Assembly (NCBI GenBank): GCA_036785375.1
Contig: JAWMAR010000001.1
Location: forward strand, 18,414,001-18,478,000
DNA: 64,000 bases
From: Leucoraja ocellata
Taxonomy: Eukaryota
Reading direction: 5' to 3'
Positions 63,041 to 64,000 of this stretch are shown here, in pieces. The notes beneath the pieces were generated by a model, which saw only the letters and a program-made list of their open reading frames with translations, was not told where the DNA came from and did not search any database. Position 1 is the first letter of the stretch; each line of letters begins with the position of its first letter. Made by a program: the position numbers and the translations under genes.

Positions 63041-63094
63041 GGGAAAACAAAACTATAGCAAGAAAAAAAATTAAATGAAAAAGACCTAAATACA

Positions 63095-63192
63095 TGTCTG
63101 AAGAAGGTTCTCGACCCGAAACATTGCCTATTTCTTCGCTCCATAGATGCTGCCTCACCCGCTGTTTTTTTCCAGAATTTTTGACTACCTTC
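63095..63192 (+). mobile_element. Penelope-derived short element with hammerhead-like core
   Basis: GTCTGAAGAAGGTTCTCGACCCGAAACATTGCCTATTT...gctccatagatgctgcctcacccgctg. Confidence 0.8.
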
Positions 63193-63455
63193 AATACATG
63201 ATCAGATAAGAGCACTGAAGACTGACTCAGATAAAAATAATGCTTTACTATAGTGCAATATTATTGAGCTTAATGCATTGTTTAAGCTAGACATAGGGTG
63301 GTGCCGTCAGTGATAGCAACCTCGCCTACAATCGGGCTGTCTGTCTTTTCATCTTTTATGTTATTTTTAGTGTGTTTTAAAAAGTATGTGTTAATGTTAA
63401 TCTTCTCTGGTTTGTTTTATGTGGGGGGGTCGGGAGTTTTCAATCTCTTACCTTG

Positions 63456-63655
63456 NNNNNNNNNNNNNNNNNNNNNNNNNNNNNNNNNNNNNNNNNNNNN
63501 NNNNNNNNNNNNNNNNNNNNNNNNNNNNNNNNNNNNNNNNNNNNNNNNNNNNNNNNNNNNNNNNNNNNNNNNNNNNNNNNNNNNNNNNNNNNNNNNNNNN
63601 NNNNNNNNNNNNNNNNNNNNNNNNNNNNNNNNNNNNNNNNNNNNNNNNNNNNNNN
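63456..63655. other. Assembly gap (200 N)
   Basis: Directly visible. Confidence 1.
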
Positions 63656-64000
63656 AAGCAGAACAAAACAAAAAAAACAAAAAAAAACATTTTACTTAAA
63701 TAGACTTGTGGCACCCTGGTGGGACGTTTGCATTGTTGAAAAGCTTGGGAGAGTTGAACAGCACAAAATCCACCTCATAGGCTCTGGCAAATAGTGTGCA
63801 CAGGACCAACGATTACAATTAAACCCGAGTGTCACAATAAGAGTGGCCTTTAATTAATTAGAATGCTTTGAGTTAATGAAGTACTTTTTCCAAGTTTAGT
63901 AACTTTTCAAAAGGTAAAATGAGTCTTATTGACAATAATATCATATATAGCAGAATTAAATATCTGTATACACTTATTCAAAATTCAATTAGATCAGAGA

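Noticed and set aside
63298-63794. ORFs spanning the N run
   Set aside because: Artefacts of the assembly gap.
1-64000. Prokaryotic systems (CRISPR arrays, operons, defence islands)
   Set aside because: The sequence is a spliced vertebrate gene with vertebrate transposons; no regularly spaced repeat-spacer array or bacterial-type gene was seen.

Overview
Eukaryotic, AT-rich vertebrate genomic DNA. The repeat content (HE1-like tRNA SINEs, CR1/HER1-like LINEs, Rex1/Babar, Tc1, Penelope) suggests a cartilaginous fish, probably a skate or ray (inference). The window holds one minus-strand gene, the GW182-family miRNA-silencing scaffold TNRC6B. I traced 20 coding exons by hand from 55122 down to the stop at 10406 (about 1785 codons). 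All have GT-AG boundaries, and phases match except at one exon (48918-49264), which has several indels that are probably assembly errors. The start exon(s) lie beyond the window or in the N gap. Positions 1-10405 look like a very long, transposon-free 3'UTR enriched in miR-30 seed sites. The introns are full of nested transposons. The most unusual signal is a family of about 14 short Penelope-derived repeats carrying a minimal hammerhead-ribozyme core (CTGAAGA-stem II-GAAAC). Several are head-to-head palindromes inserted with 13-17 bp target-site duplications, and a longer Penelope remnant with the same terminus lies at about 54.2-55.0 kb. Most ORFs in the supplied track are spurious. All family assignments come from motif recognition and recalled sequences, not database searches.
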